Below are positions 12,101-22,968 of a DNA stretch of 48,311 nucleotides, piece after piece. The translations under genes were made by a program, and so were the position numbers. Positions within the stretch are counted from its first letter, which is position 1. Every line of letters starts with the position of its first letter. The notes below the pieces were generated by a model that was not told where the DNA came from, ran no database searches, and was given only the letters and a program-made list of their open reading frames with translations. Source of the DNA: Amoebophrya sp. A120 (Eukaryota; Protista; Dinoflagellata); the NCBI GenBank assembly GCA_905178155.1, contig CAJINV010000006.1, positions 1,067,516-1,115,826 of the forward strand. Reading direction: 5' to 3'.

Positions 12101-13841
12101 GAAGCTGGGGGTGGGATCCGAATTCGGCGCGGATAAAACAACTCTTCTTCAACATGCCGGACATTGACGACATCGACTACAATGGGATCCTATCAAATGT
12201 AAAAATGTCTGGGTCTGGAAGAATGCAACTTGTCATGCTAAAATGGAAGCATGCAAAAATCTGTGTTGCGTGATTACCAAAAGCTGTCCACTTTTGACCT
12301 AATCGAGAGGCAGTTTCTCATGCAGGAGAGGCATGATAGAACTCTCACAGAATCTGTCATGCTCTGTCCTACTTGCCAGACCTCATGAGTCATGTAAAAT
12401 CTGCATGACAAGTCTGGCATTCTTCCAGACCCAGACATTTTTACAGTTGATAGATCCCGGCCGGGCAATTCGCGTTCTCCATCCCCATGAAGCTCCCGGA
12501 CACCACCGAGGCGATTTACGGGCTATCAAGTGCAAATATGTCTGGGTCTGGACAAGCGCAAACTTCTGATGCGCATTTCAGACGACGCAAATATCTGTCA
12601 TGCATGGACAGCAAATGTCACCCATTTCTTATCACTGAGAGTGGGGATTCGTCATGCGGATCAGGCATTGAGAATCCTCCTCAAAACCTGTGATGCTAGG
12701 GCTTGCATGCCAGACTTTCTTGATCAGGTAAAAACAGCATGACAAGTAGCATCTGCACTCATCCAGACCGACACATGTTTGCAGTTGATACGGGCTGCAA
12801 GGCAACAACATTCAGGAGTTCACGTCGCAGGACCGGAATGGGGAGTACATGAACTTCTTCAAAGTCAAATTTTGCAACGACTTTCCGTTTATGCAAGGCA
12901 AAAGCATCGCAGCGTTGTAAATCGCATGACAAATTTTCTCAGCATGATGAGAAATGCAATTTGTAATGCGGATTTAACTTGACAAAAAAATTTGTAAAAT
13001 TACAATTTTTTTTGTCAAGTTAAATCCGCATTTATGCATTGCATAAATGCGATTAGTACGAGTACGAAGATACTTTTGCAATGCATACCCTTCTGCATCG
13101 AGAAACTGGCAGAGTTCAAGGTCCCCGGGTTTCAGTTCAACGACGTCACCAGAGACGACTTCATCGTGCAGCCGGACGGGTTATCCAGTGCAAATATCGA
13201 TCTGGGTCTGGAAGAGTGCAACTTGTGATGCTGTGTTTGGATTCTACAAAAATCTGTATTGCATGAGCAGCGAAATACGGAGTCCACCTCTTGCTCTTGC
13301 TACGCGAAGAGGGCGTTTGTAATGCGGGTTCGGCATGATCAAGACGGCCTCAAAAAATCTGTGATGCTAGGGCGTACATCACAGACATCATGGCTCACGC
13401 GAAACGTGCATGACAAGTTCGCATCCTTCCAGGAGACCCAGACATATTTGCGATGCATACGGGTTTGGCAGCGAAAAATACAGTCGGACGACTGATCGGG
13501 TGGTAATATCCTGTGCAAAAGTATCGTACTCGTAGTGATCGCAATCATGCATTACAAATCTCCCTCTTAACCGAAATCGGCATTACAAATTCCATTTTTC
13601 ATGCTGAGGGAATTTGTCATGCGATTTATATATACTAGTACGATGCTTTTGCATTGCATAGGTAAAAACGCTGGCTGATTTTCAAGTCGACGAAGGCCCG
13701 CAGTCGTCGGGGGCGACTTCTCGTAGAGGGATTAAATGGAGCAGCATCAGTGGCATCCTCGCTGGAGGCGGTATTTGGTGGTTGGGTACAACTTTGATGG
13801 TAGCGCTTTCGTACAGCCATCATGTTCATGCGGTTGCTTAG
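194..13841 (+). CDS. Gene 1 (5'-partial): large multi-exon, >=1500-aa putative GPI-anchored/surface protein of unknown family
   Basis: Exons 194-935, 1203-1772, 5824-6545, 7697-7730, 7804-8312, 8579-8637, 8923-9038, 9288-9447, 9737-10249, 10511-10562, 10743-10820, 11098-11192, 11345-11389, 11562-11647, 11938-12190, 12458-12523, 12796-12889, 13093-13181, 13465-13506, 13666-13841 join in frame (4500 nt from 195 to TAG). Recurrent 'I.I.aP.gyrF' beta-rich motifs, Thr/Pro linker, C-terminus ...QSSGATSRRGIKWSSISGILAGGGIWWLGTTLMVALSYSHHVHAVA*. Confidence 0.85.
936..1197. mobile_element. Introner family A
   Basis: TIR TATCAACTGTAAAAATGTCTGGGTCTGGAAGA; DR TTGGT at 931-935 and 1198-1202; removal restores frame. 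Confidence 0.95.
1936..4840 (+). pseudogene. Reverse transcriptase (palm/thumb) plus long charged C-terminal extension, broken by frameshifts
   Basis: Frameshifts at G-run ~2040-2043, T-run 2442-2445 (deleting one T gives EAGFPAFGIMFEEKDFLKILG) and ~3825; ORFs 2121-2774, 2452-3834, 3707-4840. Confidence 0.7.
5600..5669. repeat. 35-bp tandem duplication in the retroelement 3' UTR
   Basis: GGTATTGGCAGAGGCTAAATCTGTTCTARCGCCAC x2. Confidence 0.9.
6546..7691. mobile_element. Introner family B interrupted by a SINE-like insert
   Basis: TATGCATTGCAAAAGCATCGTAC ... GCGATACTTTTGCACAGGATA; DR GCATT. Confidence 0.9.
6634..7622 (+). mobile_element. Non-coding SINE-like / non-autonomous non-LTR element
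   Basis: 17-bp TSD TAATGCGGATTTGCCTT (6617-6633, 7623-7639); (TC)8 tail 7607-7622; 23-bp duplication near the 5' end. Confidence 0.8.
7731..7803 (+). other. Probable canonical GT-AG intron (73 nt)
   Basis: GTATTA...TAAAG; phase-0 join gives QQAA|SCITDYTTC. Confidence 0.6.
8313..8573. mobile_element. Introner family A
   Basis: TIRs; DR GGCGT; frame restored. Confidence 0.95.
8638..8917. mobile_element. Introner family C (AAACGTCCCCACCCC TIR)
   Basis: DR CGAGC; frame restored. Confidence 0.95.
9039..9282. mobile_element. Introner family A
   Basis: DR AGTTC; closely similar to 43553-43804. Confidence 0.95.
9448..9731. mobile_element. Introner family C
   Basis: TIR TATCATATGTAAAAACGTCCCCACCCC; DR GGTCC/GCTCC. 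Confidence 0.95.
10250..10505. mobile_element. Introner family A
   Basis: DR CCCGC. Confidence 0.95.
10563..10737. mobile_element. Introner family B
   Basis: TATGCATTGCAAAAG TIR; DR ACGGG/ACTGG. Confidence 0.9.
10821..11092. mobile_element. Introner family A variant
   Basis: DR CCGGA. Confidence 0.9.
11193..11339. mobile_element. Introner family B
   Basis: DR GGCGG. Confidence 0.95.
11390..11556. mobile_element. Introner family B variant
   Basis: GCAAGAGCATCGTGC inverted repeat; DR CTTCA. Confidence 0.9.
11648..11932. mobile_element. Introner family C
   Basis: DR ACCCC/ACCCG (synonymous Pro). Confidence 0.95.
12191..12452. mobile_element. Introner family A (opposite orientation to 8313-8573)
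   Basis: DR GATCC. Confidence 0.95.
12524..12790. mobile_element. Introner family A
   Basis: DR CGGGC. Confidence 0.95.
12890..13087. mobile_element. Introner family B with internal palindrome
   Basis: DR CCGTT/CCCTT; inverted repeat 12965-13032. Confidence 0.9.
13182..13459. mobile_element. Introner family A
   Basis: DR CGGGT. Confidence 0.95.
13507..13660. mobile_element. Introner family B
   Basis: DR GGTAA. Confidence 0.95.
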
Positions 13842-14663
13842 GAAAGAAGGAGCTGGAAGACGAGGAAGCTCAACTTTTCAACATTTATTCCAAGAATCTA
13901 GTCGTGGCTTTTCTTGTTGCGTTCACGACATGGTAGGAGCAAGAGCAAGTTCGCCGTGTATATTGTTTTTTTGGACGCAGATACTAAGTGCGTGAATCAA
14001 GCAAGAAGCACAAGAGCAACCAAGTTGAAGAATATCCAAGATTTTAGCAATAGCAACCAAGTTGAGGCGTGAAATTATCAGCATACTTAAAGCAGACCAA
14101 GAAAGTCGAGTCTCAAGAAAGGAATTAAACCAAGTTTCCGTTTGCAACTAAATCTCCTACAACAACTCGTATGAACAATTAGCTTCACAACAACATGCAT
14201 AAAGCTCTAACCGCTGCTCTGCGCAAAAAAAGCACCGCAAGCGCTTCGGTCTTCCTACGAGGACCCACCAGGATGGAGACAAAGTGACAGAGACAAAGCT
14301 TCTCTCGCTCCACCTTTGTGCTGCATCGTAGGTAGATGCGAAGAGGTTGATGGTCATGCTCCTGCGACATATCAGATTCAGATTTTTTTAAAGGGAGCTG
14401 GTCTACGACCGCTCTCAACATATTGTAGAAGCGCAGCTACAGTCAGACATGATGACCGCGGCAGAAGCTGCCAGGGTGGTCGTGTCGACAGTTCAGCAAA
14501 CCAAGTTTCCGTTTTTCTACACTTCTATGCAATAAATCCGTTTCGTAGTGGTCGCATTTGTTTCTAACTAAGTAATACTATCACTTCTCCTTATTCAAAT
14601 TTAACTATGATGGTGCTGGTACAGCAAATTGCTGGACACGATGAAATAGAATCCGTTTCTGTG

Positions 14664-14803
14664 TGCTGACCGAAAACGTTTCTGAAGTTTCTGGAGTTAA
14701 TTACAATAGCCGATAGAAGTTGCAACAGCGACACAACGATAGTCCAACGCAGCTGCAACAAGAATCTGCAGGGTTCTTGCGATAGAAGAAAGCTGCTGGC
14801 AGC
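14664..14803. repeat. Dispersed non-coding repeat (second copy 23129-23269)
   Basis: GCTGACCGAAAACGTTTCTGAAGTTTCTGGAGTTAATTACAATAGCCGATAGAAGTTGCAAC shared. Confidence 0.85.
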
Positions 14804-15394
14804 ACCTGCAGTAACTGGGTTCATCTTCATTCATCGTGAGGCCGAGCCAGATGCTGTGTAGTTTGTACATGTTGCAAAAAGTAGAAAAGCAGGACCATGG
14901 TTATTTGTCGTGCTGCAAACGCGCGCTTTGAGTGCAGTTCCCTCAATAATTGTCATGCTTTTTTTCGTTCTTATCTTTCCTCTCGTGCTGAAGAGAATAC
15001 AAAACAGAAATAGATTTTTCGTACCTCGTTCTCGTAAGGCTGTATTCGCGCCGCACCAGCATGCCGTCGTACTCCTGTCGTGTGGATCAATAATTTCAAC
15101 AATACCCGCTGAAGCTGAACACATCCTTCGTCCGTTTCTCTCGTGAAGGTGATGTATTCTAGTCCGAAGTCGTGCAACGGTTGCGGTTGTGGTAGTTATA
15201 GTTTTTAGCAAGACAGCACTTGATCTTGTTTTCATCTCCCAGCAGGACCAGGAAGTGGCTTTGTAAAACCCGCTTGATTTTTTCCTTGTTTTCGTTTCTT
15301 TTGCCGCATTTATTTTGCGACTTTACATTCACTAAACGTAAACGTGACAAAACGTCGTCACTTTTGCAGAATCTTCTGTTGCTCCGCGTATTAC

Positions 15395-18300
15395 ATGCTT
15401 TTTGTACCTGCTGCTCCTGCTCCTGCTAGCGCAAAAGGAAAACGAAAAACATTCAGCATGTCCTTAGCCACCTTGTCGCCGCGTTTCTCGTTCTCGCGCG
15501 AACGCTTCTTTCGCCGCGGCGCTAGTTCTTGCAGTTCATTGTCACAAAAATGGCTGGCTTCTTCGGGTCTACTTCTACTTGTGGTTCATCACGACAAGAC
15601 CGGGCAGCTGCTAGGAGTGCAAGAAGCTTTGGCGGTCTCGTTCATGTCCAAGATGAAGATGAAGCTGCAGCAGAACAAAAAGAAAACCTCAACATTTGCA
15701 TCGAAGATCATGAAGGAGCGGCTTCCTGCTCGGGGCCTCCCAAGAAGTGGAAGAACGGGAGCACAGGAGCTACACACAACAGGTGGGAGCCACGATCATG
15801 AGGCCTTCTTCTACAACAAGACTAGCTCAACATCGGTGGAACAAGATGAACAAAGCTTCTTTTTGCAAAAGCACGAGGCTACCTTGAGCGGCGCGACTTG
15901 TTCGCTTTCGCGTGCGGAGCGTGGAAGGAACGGTATCACACAGAAAAGTACACCGAACCGAGTGCACCAGAGTCAGAAAATAAAAAAATTCAGAATCTGT
16001 TGTTGTTATGCTGCTACTTTACATAAATTGGCGCCATTCCAAAACTCTAAAAACAAGAACTCAAACTCTGTAGATACACAGAGTACTAGCGAGGCATTTT
16101 ATTTTTTGGTGTGCAAAAGAAAAAAAAATACAATTTTTACTGCGCGAAGGCTAGGAAAAGGGTGTTAGAATGAAAGTAAAAGTATCATCTCACGACGTCG
16201 GACGGCCAACAGGCACTTTTTTTTCCCGCAAACAGAACGGCATGACATGATAGTTCTTCTCGAGATACCCTGGTGAAAAGTACCAATGGGTTCTTTACTT
16301 TTCTGTACAATAAACGGAGGGCCTGGGGGCTACGGATACTGCCGCAACGCCAGCAGTGGCATGGTCAAGAGCGATTGCAAGCTTTGCATGAGATGTAGCG
16401 GTCGCAGTTGGCTGAAATACATCGATACAGCCACCGGAAGTGCGACGTCTTGGCAGCTGGATACGATGCCGCGGAGTTGGAGGGAGTTGGAGTTCAACAC
16501 GGGAACAGGGGAGCTGTTGAAGGGGGGCTGTGATATTCCAAGCGGGACGTTGGGAAAGATGAACCACAAGGCATGCCTGGAGAAAAATCTCGACAAATTG
16601 TACGAAGACCACGCTTGGAACGAGCAGGATCTAGACATCGACACTCCTCGTCTCGTTAATTTGAAGGTGAACGGCGATGTCTGGAGGCATTACACGGCAG
16701 AGGAGAATGTTAGATGCGAGGCACGGATGGCGATGAAGAAATCCGGAGCCTCGGGCTCCGTAGAAGTATGCATTGCAAATATGATGTCTGGGTCTGGAAA
16801 CTTGTAATGCTGCGTTGGGAATAGTGAAAAATGCCCTGTAATGCACAGCCAAGCATGAAAAATATCTGCGCTTCTTTGCGTTGCGTTTTTCTTTTTCGCA
16901 TGACAAACTGCGTTTTTGCATGACAAGCAAAAGGGTCTGCTCTTCTCGGACACGCGTCACAAACTTTTTAGTCATGCCAGACAAGCATGACAGACCTTGC
17001 ATCCTTCTAGACCCAGACATATTTGCACTTGATAAGAACAGCGCTTCGACAACGGCGGCTGGGAGACAGCTCCGAGTGGCAGTGTCGACTGGAATATGAC
17101 AGTGCACAACTCCCCCTCCCCCTCCCTTGTCATGCAAATTTCCCGAATCCAGGCTGTGCCTCTTGTCACTGTTTGCATGACAAGTTCTGGTAGCCCAAAT
17201 AGCACTACACTCCAGTTTAAATCTGTCATGCAAAGCCCGCATTTTTGCGAATGCTCGCATTGCCGTTTATGCTTATACAAATGAGGGGGAGGCGGGGGAG
17301 TTGTGCACTGTCATATGGAAGACACAGATGGCCCCCGTGGGGTGGCACAAGGTGGAACAGTGGAAAGAGATAGGCGATGAACTCGAGGAGGCCGCGCAGC
17401 GACTGGGCGACAATTTCTTTGTGGTCAGTTTGTCCGCCTTTGCTCCCTCCTGCGGTAGCGAGAAGTACTGCGGGGATTCAGACCACACATGGGATAACGA
17501 TGAAAACGATTTTGCGGCTCATCGCAACAACTGTGAGTGCAAGGCGTGTACGCGGTGCAAACTATAGTGTGTCTAGGTGTGGAAAAAATAAAACGGGCCT
17601 TGTGCTTCTTGTATCTTTAAAATATAAATATATAAAATTGCTTGTATAGCATTGGTGCTGCTGGCAAGTCTGCATTGCATAACCGACAGGGGCGGCGGCG
17701 CTTCCTTCGTCATCCAAAAGCGAAAGCGCAGACGTTGGTCGAGCTGTTTATGCAAATTGATAATTGGCACTACTCGTACTACCTATCAAGAGAGAAACTT
17801 GTCATGCTTTGTTGCATCATGTGAGTATGTCTGACCCATCCACTATTTGTCCGCATCGCAGGTGTGATATTCCAGACCCAGACACATTTGCATTTGATAG
17901 CGTGCTGCGAGAAGGTGGAGAGGGATGGCAGCTGGTTGGCCACGGTCGACAAATGGCGTTGCGGGGAGAGTGGGTTTTACTCGATCGACGACTATGCGAG
18001 GGAACAAATCAACAGCAAGATCCAACGCGCGAGCATCGAGTTATGGCACTCTCAAACGTTACACTGTCTATTGTCCTCTTATGATATTGACTTGTCCTGC
18101 AAAATGAAAATTGTCAGCAGCCTCGACAAGATTTTGAAGATCAAATAAAGCTACTTCGCGTGACAAATAATTTTGGAAGGGCTAAGAGGCATTGCAATCT
18201 GTGCCGAATTTGTATGTAATACGACTTCGACTTGCGCGGCAGGGCAATAAAGCGCCCTTCCTTTGTTCAACACTTTTGCTACTGTTGCATCTTCTTCACA

Positions 18301-21300
18301 AATTCGTGTAAAGAACAGCGACCAATGTAAACGTTTGTTGAAAACTTGATATGAAGGGGTAGAGCCCCCGTCAACTACATCCTCACCTACATCCTCAACT
18401 ACATCCTCACCTTCGCCTTCATCTCGCGCTGTCACAGAAACGCCTTCCACCACGCCGGCACCGCCTGCGGTTTATGCAATACAAATTTCCCGTAGCCGTA
18501 CATGTACAAGGTGCATTACAAATTTCACCAATTTATTGGAGTGTAACATCACTTGTAATGCTAAAATAGGACCACGGCTAAGTTTTGTCATGCAGAGACC
18601 GGATTTGTACGTGTTGTACGGGAATAAATTTCCTGTGGATATAGTCACGCCCGAGTCCACCACTACTTCGCTGCCGAGGACAGGTGAAATAAAGTCCGAC
18701 GAATCCTTATCTTGTGCAAAAGTATCGTACTCGTACAAATTGCTTTTATGCCTTACAAAGAAATATTTTTGTTAATAAGGCAAAAGCGCATTACAAAGGC
18801 CTAGGCCTAGGCTATGCTACCCAATGGGCAGCTAGGGTGTCTGAAATTAGCTTATACTTTTTACACGCGCCGCGGGCTAGGGTGGGTCATTAACAAAACG
18901 TGAGGAAAACCGGGCCTATCATTTCGCGCCTGCGCGGTAAAGGTTTAAGTACATAAAAGTGCATCAGACAACCAAACCTTCAAACAGGCCCCGCGGCAGA
19001 ATCCGTTTTCCCCTTAAATAAATGAAATTCTGTACAATCGCCTGGCGAGACGCAAAAGTAGATGAACCGACTCTCAATAAATAGCTGCCCCGTGGCGCTT
19101 CTTGAGTTTGTTTAGTGTGGCCGTAGTCCAAAAATCATTTGTTTTTTCTAAGCACAGCTGATGACAGCGCTCGTGGTCGTGCATAGAGTTTTTCACTTTT
19201 GGGTTACGGCCTCTCTGAGGAGGTCTGTCGACGTTGCTCCACTCAGGAGCAGGCTGTTCTTTTCTGTCACTGACAGGCGGTTCTGCGACCGCAAGTCTCG
19301 GCAATTCCCGAGCTCTTGTTTCTGGTGCGAACTTCGTACGGAATTCTCTTGGTGGGTTCATCTAGTGGTGCGCTGCGCGTTTCTTAACATTTTTTGAGGC
19401 CGTACGATTAATGGGCCCCCTTTTCGATACCGAAAAGGGGGGGGTAGGTACGGTCGGTCGTCTGGCCGTATCCAAAAGCGACCACTTCCCTCGGGACCCG
19501 ACCAGTTTTCGAATTTCAAAAATCAAAATGTCAGCCCATGACCCCCCCCCGCCCCGAAGTAGTTTTCTGCTTTGTTGACCACTAGTTGCGGCGCGGCTTT
19601 ATCAGCGTATAGCCCCTCTATTGCGGTTTCTGGGGTGTGGTTAGCAGAGGAACAAGCACACAACGCAATTTTTTTTTGGGGCGCGCGCTGCGCGCGCGCG
19701 CGTCGCGATATGCATACAAAAGTAAAGAAACTTCGGCGCGCGCGCTAAATAAATACACGCGCCACGCAGCGGAACGCATGGCGCATACGTGGTTACAATC
19801 CGCCGGCGCGGTGCAGCAAACCATGATCATCTGCAGGACAGATGAAGATCGAGCCCGGTTTATTATCGTCGTCGGCTCTGCCTCTCCGCCTGCACTGGGG
19901 CCGAGCATGGTGCGCGAGGTTTGTTGGCCCTTCTTCCGCCTTCAAGCTGAATAAGAAGCAAAGGGGCTTGCGACTTGGAATAAAGTATGCCGGAAAAGGA
20001 AAGAGCGCTTTGCCGCGACAACAACCATCGCCATTACCCATCCTGCGCGGGGTAGTGTGCAGAGGGTTAAAAAGTGGGCTAACTACAAAAAAAAACGCCT
20101 TCGGCTTCGCAGTAATTTGTAGCGCAGCACTGCGCTACAAGCACCCGGCGCGCCAAAGTGGTTGATGTGGGCATCTCAATTACTGAGATACCCGCTTCAA
20201 CAGCCCGAGAGCAGTCTTGGTCGCGCAGTTCTGCATTAGAAGTTGCGCCATGATCTACCGCGCCGCAAGTCTGTTTGTGCAGGAGAGTGACTTCTCAGTC
20301 GATCTACAAGCTTCCCCCTGAAGTACTGCGAAGCACCTCTTCTGCTTAAAACATGCTCAGTCACTCAAAATCAAATAAAAGCAAAACAGTTCTGCATGCT
20401 TTTACTTGAATGAGCTGCCGAGCTCCTACGATCTACTTACAAACTGCGCCCAAGCTACTGCTCTTTTTTTCGAGCAGTGGATCGGCGGCATACAACCAAG
20501 CGGGATTGCAGTCAAGAAGTTGTAGATAATTCATTGCGAGGCAGCTGCGCTGCTGCTCCGTGAAAGGTAGCCGTCTCCCTTTTGGGGAAAGAATGGCCCT
20601 CGGCTTCATTTTGAGAAACAGAAAGCACGTCTGCTTCGATTGATTTACTTCCCTTTTGGCGACGGAATTCTCTTGGTGGGTTCATCTAGTGGTGCGCTGC
20701 GCGTTTCTTAACATTTTTTTTCTTTCCTCGTTTCCATTTCTTGTCCTGTCGGTGTGCTTCGCTCGATCTCTAATCGGTTTTCGTCATCTCCCATGAGAAG
20801 AGCGACCTCTGTCGATCGTCTTCGTCTCGCCTTTTTTCTCGCTTTTTTCTCGACTGTTTTAGTTAGTTAGGCGAGCTTTCTTGCGCATACGTACGTAGAT
20901 CTCCTAGTGCCTTGGTACTTCGAGGTTTAGGGTCGGAACGTTCTCAGCACTGCTGAAGCTTAAGAAGAAAGGGGCGTGCACGCTCCGGCCTTCAGTTTGC
21001 TCCGCCTTTATCTTTTTGAAATCGCTTTACTATAATCCTCCTTTTTGCTTGCTTCCTGTTCCCCGGGCCCAACTGGCACCAAGCAGGTTTTTTCTCTCCT
21101 AGGGTTAGGCTTAGTTAGGCCGCCACCGCCGCCGGCACGGGATGGCTGCCGACGCGACCGTCTCACCTTCGATCCAGCCACCACCCTCATCTGCTGCTCA
21201 AGATCGATCCAGAAAGGGTTTAGTTTAGGTTTCAGGGTTTAGGAAGCAATCTTAACATTTTTTTTCTTTCTCTCTTTCTTTCTTTTGTACTTCTGGGTCT

Positions 21301-22968
21301 GCGTCCCCTCGTACCAACGGGCCTCTCTTCCTCCGTCAGCGGGGTTGTCAGGTTTTTGCGGTCTGGCGACCTACGTTCGCTAGTTCGGGCCGTTGTTGTC
21401 TCCGACGGTTTCGAGTTATAAAAGTTATGGTTTGTGTGACAAGGAGGCAACACGGGCCTAGCGAAGCGGCCCGGGTAGCCAAGGCAGGAACACAAAGCGG
21501 ATTTTTATAAAGAGATACCTCTCTACCATCCGGTCGAATATTGTTGTGGTCCCGGGCGGAAGACCTTAAACTCGACCCAAAGAAAGTAATGCCCTGCGGT
21601 TCAAGTTTCAATAAAATTTTTTTCCTTCCCTTCCCTCCCTTTTATTTCTCGTTACTGTTGTCGAGACAAAGCCCTTATCCCGCGGGGTAAGGGAGTGGGT
21701 TGTCAGGTTTTTGCGGTCTGGCGACCTACGTTCGCTAGTTCGGCCCGTTGTTGTCTCCGACGGTTTCGAGTTATAAAAGTTATGGTTTGTGTGACAAGGA
21801 GGCAACACGGGCCTAGCGAAGCGGCCCGGGTAGCCAAGGCAGGAACAAAAAGCGGATTTTTATAAAGAGATACCTCTCTACCATCCGGTCGAATATTGTT
21901 GTGGTCCCGGGAAGACCTTAAACTCGACCCAAAGAAAGTAATGCCCTGCGGTTCAAGTTTCAATAAAATTTTTTTCCTTCCCTTCCCTCCCTTTTATTTC
22001 TCGTTACTGTTGTCGAGACAAAGCCCTTATCCCGCGGGGTAAGGGAGTGGGTTGTCAGGTTTTTGCGGTCTGGCGACCTACGTTCGCTAGTTCGGCCCGT
22101 TGTTGTCTCCGACGGTTTCGAGTTATAAAAACGTGAGGAAAACCGGGCCTATCATTTCGCGCCCCACCCTAGAGGGTATTTCCACCCTAGTGCCCTGCGG
22201 CTCGCACTAGCGTGGTGCACCGAACTAGCCTGGGTCTAGACCACGGCCAGGCTAGGTTTCTGCATGCATATTTGCAATAATTACTACGAGTGCGATACTT
22301 TTGGTTTTGCGCAGGATAATCAATTGACGGAGACTACAACCAGGATGGTGATGGTACCCGTATCCAAGTGATGAAAACATCAAGTGTTAATATTTGCTCC
22401 GCCACAGAAGATGAAAGTAGTACGGAGTTTTATTTCGATACAAGAAGAAGATGAAGAAGTACTCACAGCGCAGTACGCGCACGCCGGGGGTAGGAATTTG
22501 CTGCTCTAGTATTTTTGCGTGGCAGCATGGTGTTTCCACGCATATTCGAGATGATTTTCGATTTCGTCCTTTGATGGACATTATAGTGAGCACGAAACTG
22601 GTGATAAAAAAAATTGCATATAGCCTAAGAACCATGTAAAGAGATGAACGCATAATTCGCTGTGGGATGGGCAGACGGACGGGGACACTTGATTTTCTTG
22701 TTTTCATAACCCTTTCTCCGGCGATGCGGGTGGTGTATCCTGGGCAAAAGTATCGTACTCGTAGTAATCGCAGTGATGCATTACAAATCTCGTTCATAAG
22801 GCAAATCAGCATCACAAATCCCATTTGTTATGAGGAGCGAATTTGTATTGCAATTACTACTAGTACGATACGTTTGCAGTTCATATGAAGCAGGCGCGGG
22901 CGATACTCCTCGGAACTTCGGCTGATGCGGGTGAAGTTGCCACCCAACGGGTTGGTGTGTGCTGCTGA
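15395..22968 (+). CDS. Gene 2: Cys/Trp-rich putative secreted protein with Ser/Thr/Pro tail (intron-rich paralog of 27299-28885); 3' end uncertain
   Basis: Exons 15395-15933, 16318-16766, 17040-17094, 17321-17548, 17905-18041, 18357-18472, 18647-18707, then tentative 22324-22360, 22714-22735, 22891-22968; aligns with paralog (CSGRSWLKYIDTATG, MAPVGWHK, ELEEAAQRLGDNF, SLSAFAPSCGS, CECxACC). Confidence 0.75.
15934..16312. mobile_element. Old/degenerate introner
   Basis: TATCACACAGAAAAGTA / TACTTTTCTGTACAATA; DR AACGG; frame restored. Confidence 0.8.
16767..17034. mobile_element. Introner family A
   Basis: DR AGAAG/AGAAC; absent in paralog. Confidence 0.9.
17095..17315. mobile_element. Introner family D
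   Basis: Perfect TIR TATGACAGTGCACAACTCCCCC; DR TGGAA; single TGGAA in paralog. Confidence 0.95.
17549..17899. mobile_element. Degenerate introner family A (TAC start)
   Basis: DR GCGTG; same position as 24266-24528; single GCGTG in the intron-free paralog. Confidence 0.85.
18042..18351. mobile_element. Degenerate introner family E
   Basis: Left end TATGGCACTCTCAAACGTTACA resembles 39469; DR decayed (CGAGT/TGAAG); frame restored. Confidence 0.65.
18473..18641. mobile_element. Introner family F
   Basis: AAATTTCCCGTA TIR; reverse copy of 25670-25820; DR decayed. Confidence 0.8.
18800..22256. mobile_element. CTAG-rich inverted-repeat element, itself split by a 3.2-kb insert bounded by a 36-bp duplication
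   Basis: CTAGGGTG motifs at left and CACCCTAG at right; terminal hairpin 22225-22255; 36-bp DR at 18895-18930 and 22128-22163; 58-bp DR at 19338-19395 and 20662-20719. Confidence 0.65.
21342..22130. repeat. ~353-bp tandem repeat, 2.2 copies
   Basis: Units start at 21342, 21697 and 22049 (GGGTTGTCAGGTTTTTGCGG...), nearly identical. Confidence 0.95.
22361..22708. mobile_element. Degenerate introner
   Basis: TAT...ATCAAGTGT / ACACTTGAT...ATA; DR ACCCG/ACCCT. Confidence 0.55.
22736..22885. mobile_element. Introner family B
   Basis: TIRs clear; DR TGGTG/TGAAG. Confidence 0.85.

Larger units (their letters stand above)
18708..22318. mobile_element. Introner family B carrying a ~3.45-kb nested composite
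   Basis: Left TATCTTGTGCAAAAGTATCGTACTCGTA, right TACGAGTGCGATACTTTTGGTTTTGCGCAGGATA; DR ATCCT/ATCAA. Confidence 0.75.

Noticed and set aside
8313-13660. CRISPR-like alternation of repeats and unique spacers
   Set aside because: Repeats are inverted pairs of variable families, the spacers are in-frame exons, and no cas genes are present
22225-22256. Helitron 3' end (hairpin + CTAG)
   Set aside because: The CTAG is part of the hairpin and mirrored at the left end; no TC 5' end or A|T target evident
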